A DNA stretch of 64,000 bases, from contig VEQL01000012.1 of assembly GCA_018883245.1 (NCBI GenBank), positions 3,079-67,078 of the forward strand. Direction: 5' to 3'. This DNA is from Chthoniobacterales bacterium (lineage in GTDB: Bacteria; Verrucomicrobiota; Verrucomicrobiia; Chthoniobacterales; JACTMZ01). The notes under the pieces are model-generated. The model did no database searches and was not told the origin of the DNA. It saw only the letters and a program-made list of their open reading frames with translations. Position 1 is the first letter of the stretch; every line of letters begins with the position of its first letter. Below, piece after piece: positions 35,705-46,400 of the stretch. Both the position numbers and the translations under genes were made by a program.

Positions 35705-38700
35705 ATGAAAAACCAAACACTCCGATTCATCGGCTACGGCATCGCCGCAGTTTTGCTCCTCGCCACCGTTGCGCCAGCGGAAGATCAGCCCAACGCCTCC
35801 GCCCCGCGCGACGGCCTTCTTTTGGAATACCTTTTCGAGGGTGATGCCGGCGACACGTCGGGCAACAACCGTCAGGGGGAACTGCGAGGGCAGCCCAAGT
35901 TTGCCGGGGGCAGACACGGGAAGTGCCTGAACCTTGATGGCCGCGCCGATTATGCCGACAGCAAACTCCCATCAACAGACTTGGGCGACACGTTCACCGT
36001 CGAATGCTGGGTGAAGCCGGATGCGCAGCAGAACCCCCACGCCAACATTTTCGGCAACCATGCGCACGGCGGGCTGGGCTTCGTGCTGCAGCAGGACGGG
36101 GCGAATTCAAATCGCTTCATTGCCTCGTATGGGGCTGGAGCAGACAGGTGGATTGCGACGCCTCCGGTTCAGTTGGCCGCTGGCAAGTGGCAGCATGTGG
36201 CGCTGGTCAAGACGCCGGAAAGTCTCTCGTTTTTTCACAACGGGGTGGAGGTCGCGTCGGTTCCCGCGTCGGCCCCGATGGCAGCTTCGCCGACGACGTT
36301 GCGCGTGGGCCTGGGCTTTGATCGCCCGAACGATGGAGCCTATGTGCGCTGCTTCCGCGGGAGCATCGACGAGTTCCGTGTGTGGAACAAGGCGGTCACC
36401 GATTTCAACCTGACTCTTTCGCCGGAGGAAAGGGTGATGCCTTTGGTCGCACGGCTGGACTTGAAATGGCAGCGCGTGGCCGGAGCAGACGGGCGTTCCC
36501 GCTGGGAGTTCGCGTTGCCGTCGCTGGTCGCCGGGAAACTTCCTCAGGGCGTGTCGGGGGTGGAGGTTGCCATCGCGGCCACACCGTGGGATGGCGGGCT
36601 GCCCATCGAGATGCCCGCTGTCGCGATCGCTGAATCCGCCGGATTCAAAGCGGTTGTCGATCCCGGGTTGCCGCCGGGCGCCTACACGGTTTCGGCCCGC
36701 TCGCGGTTTGTCACCGATGCGGGGCGGGTTCCCGGCGAGGCGCGCGTATTCAATTGGATTTCCAGCCCGCCGCCGGCGGTGTTGAAGGAAGGGAATCCGG
36801 AGATGAAGGGACGGGAATCCCTCGCGTTGACGCTCTCGCAAACGCTCTCCCTCGACGGACCGGACTGGAAAATCGCGGTGGATCCGAAAAACGAAGGCCG
36901 CGAGAAGAAGTGGTTCGATGCTCCGCCCGCCGACACGCGGCCGACGAAGGTGCCTTGGGTGATCCAGGATATTTTTCCGGGCTACCACGGCGTGGCCTGG
37001 TATTGGCGGGAGTTCGACGCCCCGGCCAACCCGCACCGCGGCGGCCGCAGCCTGATCCGGTTCGAGGCGGTGGATTACCTGGCGGAGGTTTGGGTCAACG
37101 GCCGGAAGGTCGGCAGCCATGAAGGCGGGGAAACGCCGTTCCAGCTCGATGTGACCGACGCCCTGCGGCCGGGCGCGAAAAACCTGCTGGCGGTCCGCGT
37201 CCTCAACCCCACTCACGATCCGATTGACGGCATCCGGCTCAAGCAGACGCCATCGGGGGTCAAGAACACGCCTATCACCGGCAACATGTCCTTCAATTCC
37301 GGCGGCATCGTCGATTCGGTATCGCTGGTCCTCAATCCCGCGGCCTCCATCAAAGACGTGTTCGTATTGCCGGACTGGAAAACCGGACGCGTCCAGCTCC
37401 GCTTGGATATCAACAACACGCAGCCAGCCGCGGCGGAGTCGGTGGCGCGGATCACCATCACCGATGCGCGTTCCGGCGCGGTGGTGTCACAAGGCGCCTA
37501 TCCTTTGGCACCCGCTCCGGGTATCAGCCGTCATGAGGCCGCGCTCGAGGTGCCAAACCACCGGCTCTGGGAACTTGCCGACCCGGCGCTCTATCGCGCG
37601 ACCGTCGACCTGGCCGATGCCAAGGGGCTGTCGGGCGACCAGCATTCGGTCCGCTTCGGGTTCCGGGATTTCCGCTTCGAGAACGGGTATTTCCGGCTGA
37701 ACGGCAAAAGAATCCTGCTCAAGGGACCCGGTTACCTCGCTCATTTTCCGGCCGGCTACACCGTTCCGCTGGATGAGGACATGCTCCGCCGTGATGTGGT
37801 CAACATGAAGGCCCTGGGGTGCAACTTCGTCCGCCTGGCCTTCGGCGGCGTGCCCGCCCGGATGCTGGACATCTTCGATGAAATCGGGCTTCTGGTTCAT
37901 CAAGAGCACTTTGGCAGCTGGCAGCTGGAGCCCTCGCCGTTGATGCTCTCCCATTGGGAACGCTCGCTCGGGCAGGTCGTGCTGCGGGACCGCAACCACC
38001 CCAGCGTCGTTGAATGGGGGCTTCTCAACGAAACGATGGGCGGACCCCTGCACGATCATGCGGCGGAATCGATCCCGTTTCTCCACGAACTGGATTCCAC
38101 CCGGGTCCTCTCCATCAACAGCGGGGGGTCGGTCCGCGGGGTGACGCTCAGCAATCCGGGCAGCGAGACATGGGATGTGGGCGTCCGCGACCTGCTGAGC
38201 CTTCACCTGTATGTGCGGGTGCCCTTCCCGCGTGAGCAACTGGACGTGCTGCGCACGGGCAACCATCCCGAAAGGGTCTGGGGTATTTATTCGGAACTGA
38301 TCAAGGAGCCGACCCCGAACGCCGGGATCTACATCGGGGAATACGGGCAGTCCGGCTCGCTGAACCTTCCGGACATTGTCGCGCGATACGAACGGGCCGG
38401 TCACTCCACCTCCGATGAGGCCCGCTACTTTCAGAAGCAACTCGCGCTCTTTCTGGCGGATTGGAAGGGGTGGAATCTGAGCGATACCTGGCCGCGCACG
38501 GAGGATTTCTTCGACGACGCCAACCGCGAGTTCGCTGAAATCCGCAAGACCGGCGAGACGGCCGTCCGCTCGAACCCGCGCGTCGTCGCCTACACTCCCT
38601 CGCACCTGGTGGCTGACTCAACTTATAACGCTTCGGGCGCGACGGACCTCTTCCGGGAGATGAAGCCGTATGTGCCCGATACCTACCTTCTGGCCAATGC

Positions 38701-39835
38701 GCCGCTGCGCTGGTGCCTCTTTGCCGATCCGGTGAGCATCTACCGGGGCGGTCGCGTCCGATTGGACGCCTCGATTGCCAATGAGGACCGGCTCCCGCCC
38801 GGCAAATATCCGGCGCGACTGCAGGTCATCGGGCCGGATGGGAAAGCCGTGTTCGACAAAACGGTGGAGGTCCGCATCCCGCCCGCCACCGGTGGCAAGG
38901 AGCCGCCGTTTGCCCAAGCGGTGCTGTCGGAGGAAATCGTCATCGATGGTCCTCCGGGCGAATACCGGTTTGTCGCCTCGCTGGCGCAGGGCGGGATGGG
39001 CAGGGGGGGAAACATCGGCTTCCATGTCACTGATCCGGCCGCCATGCCTGGCCTGCCCTCCTCGGTGGTGCTGTGGGGCGAGGATCCGGCAGTCGCGAAA
39101 TGGTTGACCGATCACGGAGTGAAAGTGCTTCCGTTCGATCCCGCCAATCAGACGAAGCGACACGTGATCGTGGCTGCAGGCAAGCCCCCGGCACCGGGCG
39201 GCGCGGCGGCATTCCGCGACCTTGCCGCCCAGATGGCCCGCGGCAGTTCCGTCGTGTTTCTCGACCCGGCGGTCTTTGCCAACACAGCCGGCGCGGATAC
39301 CGCCACCCTTGCCGAACAATACAAAGTCACCCAGGTTGTCGGCACCCGCTGGTTGCCCCTTGCTCGCAAAGGCACGGTGACCGAGGCCGACTGGGTGGGT
39401 GGATATTATCGCGGCGCTCGCTGGGCCAAGCGGCACCCGATCTTCGACGGCCTGCCCGGCGGAGGCATGATGGATGCACGGTTCTACGCCAATATCATTT
39501 CACCGCTGATCCTCGCGCAGGACTACACGGTGTATGGCGGGGGCGTGCTGATGAATCCCGCCACGGCGCCGCTTGACCGCCCGGCTGAGGCGGTCTGCGG
39601 TTCGATCCGCACCAACTCCGAGTATGTCTCCGGCCTCCACGTCGGCGTTTGGAACTTCGGAGCGGGCCGGTTCATCGTGAACACCCTGCGCATCCGCGAG
39701 AACCTCGGCCCCGACCCCGCCGCCGAACGCCTGCTGCGCAACATGCTCACCTACGCCGCGCGCGGCACCGACCAGCCGGCCGCCGAGCTGCCCGCCGATT
39801 TCCAGCAACAGCTCAAGGCGATCGGATACGAGTAA
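35705..39835 (+). CDS. secreted LamG-GH2 multidomain glycoside hydrolase
   Basis: 1376 aa. Signal MKNQTLRFIGYGIAAVLLLATVAPAED. LamG module (about aa 30-235). GH2 sugar-binding motif YHGVAWYWREFDAP...FEAVDYLAEVWVNGRKVGSHEGGETPFQLDVTDAL. GH2 TIM-barrel motif RDRNHPSVVEWGLLNE. Confidence 0.7.
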   Translation: MKNQTLRFIGYGIAAVLLLATVAPAEDQPNASAPRDGLLLEYLFEGDAGDTSGNNRQGELRGQPKFAGGRHGKCLNLDGRADYADSKLPSTDLGDTFTVECWVKPDAQQNPHANIFGNHAHGGLGFVLQQDGANSNRFIASYGAGADRWIATPPVQLAAGKWQHVALVKTPESLSFFHNGVEVASVPASAPMAASPTTLRVGLGFDRPNDGAYVRCFRGSIDEFRVWNKAVTDFNLTLSPEERVMPLVARLDLKWQRVAGADGRSRWEFALPSLVAGKLPQGVSGVEVAIAATPWDGGLPIEMPAVAIAESAGFKAVVDPGLPPGAYTVSARSRFVTDAGRVPGEARVFNWISSPPPAVLKEGNPEMKGRESLALTLSQTLSLDGPDWKIAVDPKNEGREKKWFDAPPADTRPTKVPWVIQDIFPGYHGVAWYWREFDAPANPHRGGRSLIRFEAVDYLAEVWVNGRKVGSHEGGETPFQLDVTDALRPGAKNLLAVRVLNPTHDPIDGIRLKQTPSGVKNTPITGNMSFNSGGIVDSVSLVLNPAASIKDVFVLPDWKTGRVQLRLDINNTQPAAAESVARITITDARSGAVVSQGAYPLAPAPGISRHEAALEVPNHRLWELADPALYRATVDLADAKGLSGDQHSVRFGFRDFRFENGYFRLNGKRILLKGPGYLAHFPAGYTVPLDEDMLRRDVVNMKALGCNFVRLAFGGVPARMLDIFDEIGLLVHQEHFGSWQLEPSPLMLSHWERSLGQVVLRDRNHPSVVEWGLLNETMGGPLHDHAAESIPFLHELDSTRVLSINSGGSVRGVTLSNPGSETWDVGVRDLLSLHLYVRVPFPREQLDVLRTGNHPERVWGIYSELIKEPTPNAGIYIGEYGQSGSLNLPDIVARYERAGHSTSDEARYFQKQLALFLADWKGWNLSDTWPRTEDFFDDANREFAEIRKTGETAVRSNPRVVAYTPSHLVADSTYNASGATDLFREMKPYVPDTYLLANAPLRWCLFADPVSIYRGGRVRLDASIANEDRLPPGKYPARLQVIGPDGKAVFDKTVEVRIPPATGGKEPPFAQAVLSEEIVIDGPPGEYRFVASLAQGGMGRGGNIGFHVTDPAAMPGLPSSVVLWGEDPAVAKWLTDHGVKVLPFDPANQTKRHVIVAAGKPPAPGGAAAFRDLAAQMARGSSVVFLDPAVFANTAGADTATLAEQYKVTQVVGTRWLPLARKGTVTEADWVGGYYRGARWAKRHPIFDGLPGGGMMDARFYANIISPLILAQDYTVYGGGVLMNPATAPLDRPAEAVCGSIRTNSEYVSGLHVGVWNFGAGRFIVNTLRIRENLGPDPAAERLLRNMLTYAARGTDQPAAELPADFQQQLKAIGYE

Positions 39836-39838
39836 GAG

Positions 39839-42800
39839 ATGAAACACCTGAAACAACCAACCACGATGAAACAACCTCCACGCGAAGTCTGCTCAACGCT
39901 GGTTGCTTCCTTCATCCTGTTGTCCGGCGTCGCCACGCTTGTGGCTCAACCGCCATCCGACGGCACCATCGTTGAAGGGAATTTCGGGCGCGTCGAAATC
40001 GACGTCAACAAACCCGCCATCACGTCGCTGACCTTGCGCCGTGCGGACGGGTCGCTCGAGCCGCATTCGCTGCTTTCTCCTGCGGGAACGCCATGGATGC
40101 GCTCGATGCCGGCTTGGGCGACCCAGGCGCTCACGTTTGCGGTGGATGAAACCGGCCGCCGCTTCGAAAGCCGCCACCGCGCCCCTGCATCCGTGGAGAA
40201 AACCGCAAACGGCGTCACCCTGCGAGGGGTGGTCCTGTGTGACAGCGAAGGCGGCGAACCGGTGGCGCGGGAGGATTGGACCTTGGAAACCTCGGGCGAC
40301 GAACTTGTCTGGACGGTTGATCGCACGTGGCTGCGCGGGCTCACGACCACCAGCACGGGGATACCGGCGATGTTTTTCAGCATTCGCCCGATCAACAACA
40401 ACCCCTCCACAGTCCTGCCCAACGCGGTCGCCACGACGTTCTGGATCGCACCGGACAAACTCGAAGGTTGGTTCAATCCGTTCTACCGCCCGGGCTACGA
40501 CGGCAATGATTTTTCGAAAGGCCTGCCGCTGGCAAAAAAAATGGCGTTGCAAAACAACGTCGTCGTCACCGAACCCGGCGGTTGGGCAGTGCTGAAAATC
40601 TTCGCGACATGGCCGCACGAAACCGAGCCGCGCCTGGCCGCCGAGGGCGGGCACCTCTACCGCCGGGGCCAGTTCGGCTGGCTGAGCGAAGCGGGGATCG
40701 TGTCGCATCCGCAAGCCATGCGGGCCTATACAGCGGGGGAAAAGGAAAAAGCCAGCCTTCGTCTCTCTGCCGTGCCCGCCACGGCGAGCGGACACCAACT
40801 CGCCGTGCAGGCGGAAGATCCCAGTGGCACCATCGCCGCCTTGCGCAACTGGTATGGGGCGCTCTTCAACGGCGGCTGCATCAACGACCAGTTGCACTAC
40901 GCCTTCGGCAACGAGCCGGACGGCTGGTATTACGGCGGTGCCTCGTGGATGAAGGGCCTGCCGATGCTCGCGGGTTCCCCCGCACCGGATGCACCGGCGC
41001 ATCATCCCATCGGGATGCCGCGCGCCTTTCGCGACAACTTGCAGATGATCATCGGCACGGAATTCGAGCCGGGACTCACCCGCTACGGCTACAACACGTC
41101 GGGCGCGTTCACTGACGACAACATCATCCAGGTCATCGGCGGACGCGCCTACCATCTCTACTCCGGCGACCGCGCATTCGTGCGACAGCACCTGCCCTTC
41201 TATCGGCGGGCCGTGGCATGGTATCTGGATCGCCGAAATGCCGACGGGCTCGTCTCCCTCAATCCCGCGCATTGGTATTACGACGCGATGGGCGCCCGCG
41301 GCGTGACCACCTATCACAACGCGTTCCTCTACCGCGCGCTCGTCGATCTCGCCGGGATGGAGCGGGCGGCGGGCAACGCCGCGGAAGCCGGCCAGCACGA
41401 GGCCGCGGCCGCGGCGCTCAAGGACGCCATCAACCGCGTGCTGTGGTGGGAGGATGCCCCGGGCGGTCCGCGCTATGTGGATTGGATTGAACCCGATGGC
41501 ACAAAGATCGCCTATGCGGCCGACCTCTGCCAGTTCCCGCCGGTGGCCTTCGGGATCGCCTCCCCCGAACAGGGCAAAAAGCTGATCGCCACGATCGACA
41601 ACCGCATCGCGGAACTCGAGCGCGACAACGGCTATGCAGGCTACGCCTCGCTCTCCGCCTACTGGCCGGTGCCGGCCAGCGTGAACACTCACCCGGTCAA
41701 CCAAGGTTTCGGAAGTTACATGAATGGCGGCTCGTTCCTCTGCATGACCTATTGGGAAATCATGGCCCGCGCGGCAGTCGGCGACGCCGAGGGTGCATGG
41801 AACCGCCTGCAAAAGTTCGCCGAGGGCACGCGGCTGACCGGCGAGAAAGGCTACATCGGGAACAACTGGGTGATGAACGACGGACGCATCGGCTTCGGCG
41901 CAAGCGACGAGCCGTATCTCTCGGATGCGATCGCCGTGCCGGGCGCCCTTGTGCAGGGCATCCTCGGCATCCGTCACACCAACGACCAACTGGAGGTGAA
42001 GCCAGTCCTGCCCGCCGCCCTGCGGAAAGTCACCGCCGAGGTCGTGCACCTGGGCGTGCGCAAGAGGGTGACCATCGATGGCAAAGACGTAAAGATCGAG
42101 GAACTCGGCCGCGCCTTCACCCCACCGCACGAGCTGACGTGGCACGTCAACGCCGGCAGCCCGCCAGAAGCGCGGTTGTATATCGACCGCACCTTCGAAG
42201 CGGGCCGAGGCTGGACCGCCACTCCCGAAATCACCATCCGCAGCGGCCAAGGCCTCGGCCTGCAACGCGCGCCGACTTCCACGCTGACCGGCCTCTGGAA
42301 ATTGGACGACGAGCCGGGTGGCACGGTCGCCTCCAGCAGTGAATACGACGTTCCCGGCACCTGCCTGGGGAGCGTCATGCAGCGGTCGCGCGACCGTCAC
42401 GGCAAGCCGGCCGCCGCGCGGGTCGAAGGCGGAGCACAGATTGTCGTTGCCAACATCGAGCCCTTTGCCTTCAAGGCCGATCAGAGCTTCACCATGCAAG
42501 CGTGGTTCCAGACCTCCTCCCGGGACAATCAAGTCATCGCCGCAAGACCCGGCGCCTTTTCGTTGGGCGTGAAGGGTGGGAAACTCTCCGCGTGGATCAT
42601 GCAGGACGGTGGCGGGTTCGTCGAAGCCACCGGCACGACGGATGCCGCCGACGGGAAGTGGCATCACGCGGTCGCGGTGTATGACCGGAACGCGCAGACT
42701 CTGACAGTCCATCTCGACGGAAAGCCGGATGGCGAACCGAAAAGCATCGCCGGGATCGGCGGTTCAACCAGCGACGCCCCACTGACCCTCGGAGCGTTGG

Positions 42801-43243
42801 GCAACGGGTTTCCCTTTTCCGGTTCGCTCGATGAGATCGCGATCCACCGAGAAGCCCTGGCGCCGGGCGACTTTGCCTTCCGCGCTGATTATCCCGCCCT
42901 CCCTGCGGCCGGATTGGGCGCCCAGACCGGCCGCTACACCACCGCGATCTGCGACTGGGGCCAGCCGGTGCGCATGGCGAAACTGCAGACCACCGCCGCC
43001 CTCCACGACGGCACGATCAGCGTGCTCGTGGAAACTTCCCACGATGGGTTCAAGACCGTCGCCGAGACGCGCGGAATCCAAATACAATCCGGTGATCAAT
43101 CCACCGCGATCGACGGTCTGCGCCCTGCGACCCACGCCCGCCTGACCTTCACCCTTGCCGCGCCCGAATCGGCCCTGCGCGGCCCACTGCTTTCCTCCGC
43201 CGGGCTGGCCGGAGACAGCAAAACAAATGGTTCGAACCACTGA
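39839..43243 (+). CDS. secreted (alpha/alpha)6 six-hairpin glycosidase-like protein (possibly alpha-L-rhamnosidase-like) with C-terminal LamG domain
   Basis: 1134 aa. Signal STLVASFILLSGVATLVAQ. Six-hairpin-like region TTYHNAFLYRALVDLAGMERAAGNAAEAGQHEAAAAALKDAINRVLWWED. LamG at the C-terminus (FTMQAWFQ...WHHAVAVYD...SLDEIAIHREAL). The exact GH family is not determinable by eye. Confidence 0.5.
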   Translation: MKHLKQPTTMKQPPREVCSTLVASFILLSGVATLVAQPPSDGTIVEGNFGRVEIDVNKPAITSLTLRRADGSLEPHSLLSPAGTPWMRSMPAWATQALTFAVDETGRRFESRHRAPASVEKTANGVTLRGVVLCDSEGGEPVAREDWTLETSGDELVWTVDRTWLRGLTTTSTGIPAMFFSIRPINNNPSTVLPNAVATTFWIAPDKLEGWFNPFYRPGYDGNDFSKGLPLAKKMALQNNVVVTEPGGWAVLKIFATWPHETEPRLAAEGGHLYRRGQFGWLSEAGIVSHPQAMRAYTAGEKEKASLRLSAVPATASGHQLAVQAEDPSGTIAALRNWYGALFNGGCINDQLHYAFGNEPDGWYYGGASWMKGLPMLAGSPAPDAPAHHPIGMPRAFRDNLQMIIGTEFEPGLTRYGYNTSGAFTDDNIIQVIGGRAYHLYSGDRAFVRQHLPFYRRAVAWYLDRRNADGLVSLNPAHWYYDAMGARGVTTYHNAFLYRALVDLAGMERAAGNAAEAGQHEAAAAALKDAINRVLWWEDAPGGPRYVDWIEPDGTKIAYAADLCQFPPVAFGIASPEQGKKLIATIDNRIAELERDNGYAGYASLSAYWPVPASVNTHPVNQGFGSYMNGGSFLCMTYWEIMARAAVGDAEGAWNRLQKFAEGTRLTGEKGYIGNNWVMNDGRIGFGASDEPYLSDAIAVPGALVQGILGIRHTNDQLEVKPVLPAALRKVTAEVVHLGVRKRVTIDGKDVKIEELGRAFTPPHELTWHVNAGSPPEARLYIDRTFEAGRGWTATPEITIRSGQGLGLQRAPTSTLTGLWKLDDEPGGTVASSSEYDVPGTCLGSVMQRSRDRHGKPAAARVEGGAQIVVANIEPFAFKADQSFTMQAWFQTSSRDNQVIAARPGAFSLGVKGGKLSAWIMQDGGGFVEATGTTDAADGKWHHAVAVYDRNAQTLTVHLDGKPDGEPKSIAGIGGSTSDAPLTLGALGNGFPFSGSLDEIAIHREALAPGDFAFRADYPALPAAGLGAQTGRYTTAICDWGQPVRMAKLQTTAALHDGTISVLVETSHDGFKTVAETRGIQIQSGDQSTAIDGLRPATHARLTFTLAAPESALRGPLLSSAGLAGDSKTNGSNH

Positions 43244-43279
43244 AAAAACGCACCCATGAAAAGCGCACATCTTCCCATC

Positions 43280-43463
43280 GCAGCCCGCCCGCTCCGGCCC
43301 GGAACATCCTTGTCATGAACCCATTTCCCCATTCCAGAACCGCCCCATGAACTCTCTCTTCCATCGATTGTGTCCCGATCACCGGGACCAAGCAGCTGTC
43401 ACGGACTCGAGCACCGAACCAAATCCAGATCCACGATGAAAAACCAAACACTCCGATTCACCG
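43280..43463 (+). repeat. leader + signal-peptide-start cassette, copy 2
   Basis: About 96% identical to 34804-34988. Precedes the GH2-PA14 gene. Confidence 0.85.
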
Positions 43464-46400
43464 GCTGCAGCTTCGCCGCGGTTCTCTGCCTCGCCACAAT
43501 GGCGCAGGCGGAGCGGGTGGAGTTTTCCCGTGAGTTCGCGCCGGTTCCGGGTTGGGTTGCCGGCATGGAAAAACCGTTTCGCGATGAGCTGTGTCTCAAC
43601 GGGCGCTGGCAGTTCCAGCCGGTGCCTACTCCCGCCGGTTGGACGGCGGGCAAGGACGCGCCGCCCGCGCTGACGGAGCCTGCGGCGGACGGTTGGGACG
43701 CCGTGCCGATCAAGATCCCCTCGCCGTGGAACATGAACGCGCTCGATTCGTTTCAGGCGGCGGATGGTGCCGACTACCGGAGTTTTCCGAGCTACCCGGC
43801 GGCGTGGGAAAACGTGGACATGGCCTGGCTGCGGCGCACGTTCGAGGTGCCGGCGGGTTGGGAAGGGTGCCGGCTGGTCCTGCGGTTCGAGGCGGTGGCC
43901 GGCGATTGCGAAGTGCGGTTGAACGGGAAAGTCGTGGGCCGCAACTTCGACAAATTCCTGCCCTTCGAGGTGGATGTGACCGATGCGGTGCGGCGCGACG
44001 GTCCGAACGAACTTCTCGTCGGGGTCCGCTCGGTGCGCTTCTTCAATCAGCCGGGACGTTTCGGTAGCTTCACGTATCCGAGCGGCGCCTGGTGGACGGG
44101 GCAGGGAAACGCGGCGATCGACGGGATTCGCGGCATCTGGCAGGACGTCTTCCTCGTGGGGCTGCCGCCCGCGAGGGCGCAGGATGTGTTCGTGCAGCCC
44201 TTGGTGGCGGACGACCTGCTCCGCGCGGATGTCGAGCTGCGCAACGATGCGCTCGAGGCCCGCGAGCTGACGGTGGAGGCGAAAGTGGTGCCGTGGATTC
44301 CCGCTGCGGAGGCCGACCTCCTGGCCGCGCCCGAGCGGCGCGGGAAGTTCGGCGACAACGTGGTCGTCGCGTTCGCGCATCCGGCTTCCGCCCGCGTCGA
44401 ACCGGGTGCCACGGCCACCGTGCAGCTCGAGCAGAAGATCGGCGACAAGCTCGCCCTCTGGAGTCCGGATTCGCCGAACCTCTACGGCCTCGTCGTCGAG
44501 GTGAAGTCCGGCGGCAAGGTCGTGGACCGGCGCGTGACGCGATTCGGCTGGCGGCAGTTCGGATTCGACAAGGACCAGCGGTTCACGCTCAACGGCCGGC
44601 CGATGCGGCTGAACATCGAACTCTGCCACTTCTTCGGCGTGGCGCACCTGAGCCCGCGGCACGCGCTCGCCTGGTATCGCATGCTCAAGGACTGCAACAT
44701 CAACGCCGTCCGCCTGCACGCCCTGCCGTATCCGCGGTTCTACCTCGATCTCGCGGACGAGCGAGGGATCCTCGTGCACGACGAGACCGCCATCTACGGC
44801 AGCCATGCCAATTTCAACCTGGACGTGCCTGTCACTTGGGAGCGGTTCGCCGACCATCTGCAACGACTGGTGCGGCGTGACCGCAACCACGCATCGGTGT
44901 TCGGCTGGAGCGTGGAGAACGAGACCTACAATGCCTTGAAAATCCGCACGATGGACAAGAAGGAGCACGACGCCGTGCGCGACCGCTTCGTGCCCATGAT
45001 CGAAAGCGTAAAGCGGCTCGATCCCACCCGGCCATGGATTTCCTCGGATGGAGGGTATGAGTGGGCCAATATTTATCCGGTGGTGCTCGCGCACTACGGC
45101 CCGGGTGCCGGTTACTACCGCAACTACGAGCGGACCGGGAAACCGTGGGGAGTGACCGAGGCCACCTACCTCTGGGGCCGGATGCCTTCCGAGGTCAGCC
45201 GTTACAATGGCGAGCGTGCTTACGAGAGCTGGCGCGGGCGGCTCGAGGGCATGGCGTTCGAGGTCTGGGACGAACTGGTCGAGAGGCAGATCAAGCCCTT
45301 TCCCAACATCAGCGTCGTCTCGGTTTATGACGTGACCTACTACGGCCTCTGGCCGCAGCCCTTGGGCCTGGCGGACCTCGCAAAGCCGCCGACGCTCGAC
45401 GACGGCGTCCACTTCACCGCGCCCTATGTGGAAGGCAAGCCGGGCATCCAGCCGGAACGGCTGGGCCCCTATGCCACGATGTTCAACCCGGGCTACGATC
45501 CGCGGCTGCCGGTGTATCAGCCGACGCCGGTCTTCGATGCGGCCCGTGCCGCTTACGCGCCGGATCGCCCGCAGGATTTCCCGCGCCGGCTGTTCGAAAA
45601 GCCTGATGAACCGATCCGGCCCGGGCCGCCGCCTCCGCTGGTGAATGACGGCAAGATCACGCGCGTGGTTTTTCTTGGCGATCCTTCCGGCGTGCTATGC
45701 CAATCCCTCGTGAAAGCGGGCGTGCCGTTGGCCCCGGACACGGAGGCCAACGCTCCCGTGCTGGTGGTGGACGCCGGCAGCCTCAAGCAGCCGGCCGCGG
45801 AAGTGCGGGCAACCATCGACAAGACGCTCTCTGCCGGCGGGACAGTGCTCGTCTGGGGTCTGAGCCCGGAAACGCTCGATGCGGCCAACGCGCTTTTGCC
45901 CGCGGCGGTCAGCCTCGCTCCGCGCTCCGCGAGTTCGCTCCTGCCGGAAGGCAACGGACCCCTGGCCGCCGCGCTGCCTCCCAGCCGGTGCTATTTCAGC
46001 GAAGCTCCCGAGGGATCGATCGTGATGAAGCATGCGCTCGGAGGGCCGCTGATCGAGCAAGGCCGCACGGTGCTGCGGGCTGCCGACATCAACTGGCAAC
46101 TCTGGCGCGACCGACAGGAGCCGGTGAAAGTCGCAGCCGCCGTCCGCTCGGAACGCGAGGCCAAGCCGCCGTCCGCAGCGCTGGTCGAGGTTCCCATCGG
46201 CTCGGGCCGCCTCATCGTCGGCAGCTTGGAATCCGCTGCACCCACGCCGGCCCATGTGATGTTCTTCCGGGCGCTGTTCGTCGGGCTCGGCGTGCAGGTG
46301 CAGGAACCCAAGGCGGTGGCCGGCGGAATTCTGGACTCCAAGGGCTTCGTCTCGCGGGCGCTGGTGGCCGGCCCGTTTGTGGCCTCGAGCTACGAGGAGG

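Noticed and set aside
39893-42712. Very long minus-strand ORF (939 aa). Similar antisense ORFs occur at 32355..34976, 43379..45412, 55745..57565, 60128..61804, 1366..3108, 9330..11039, 16272..17702, 18114..19472, 19405..20886, 6089..7444, 7831..9123 and 13299..14387 (plus strand).
   Set aside because: Each lies antisense to, or out of frame with, a gene that has clear family motifs. Their translations are Arg/Gly/Pro/Ala-rich low-complexity with no recognisable domains. This is the expected artefact of stop-codon depletion in GC-rich DNA.
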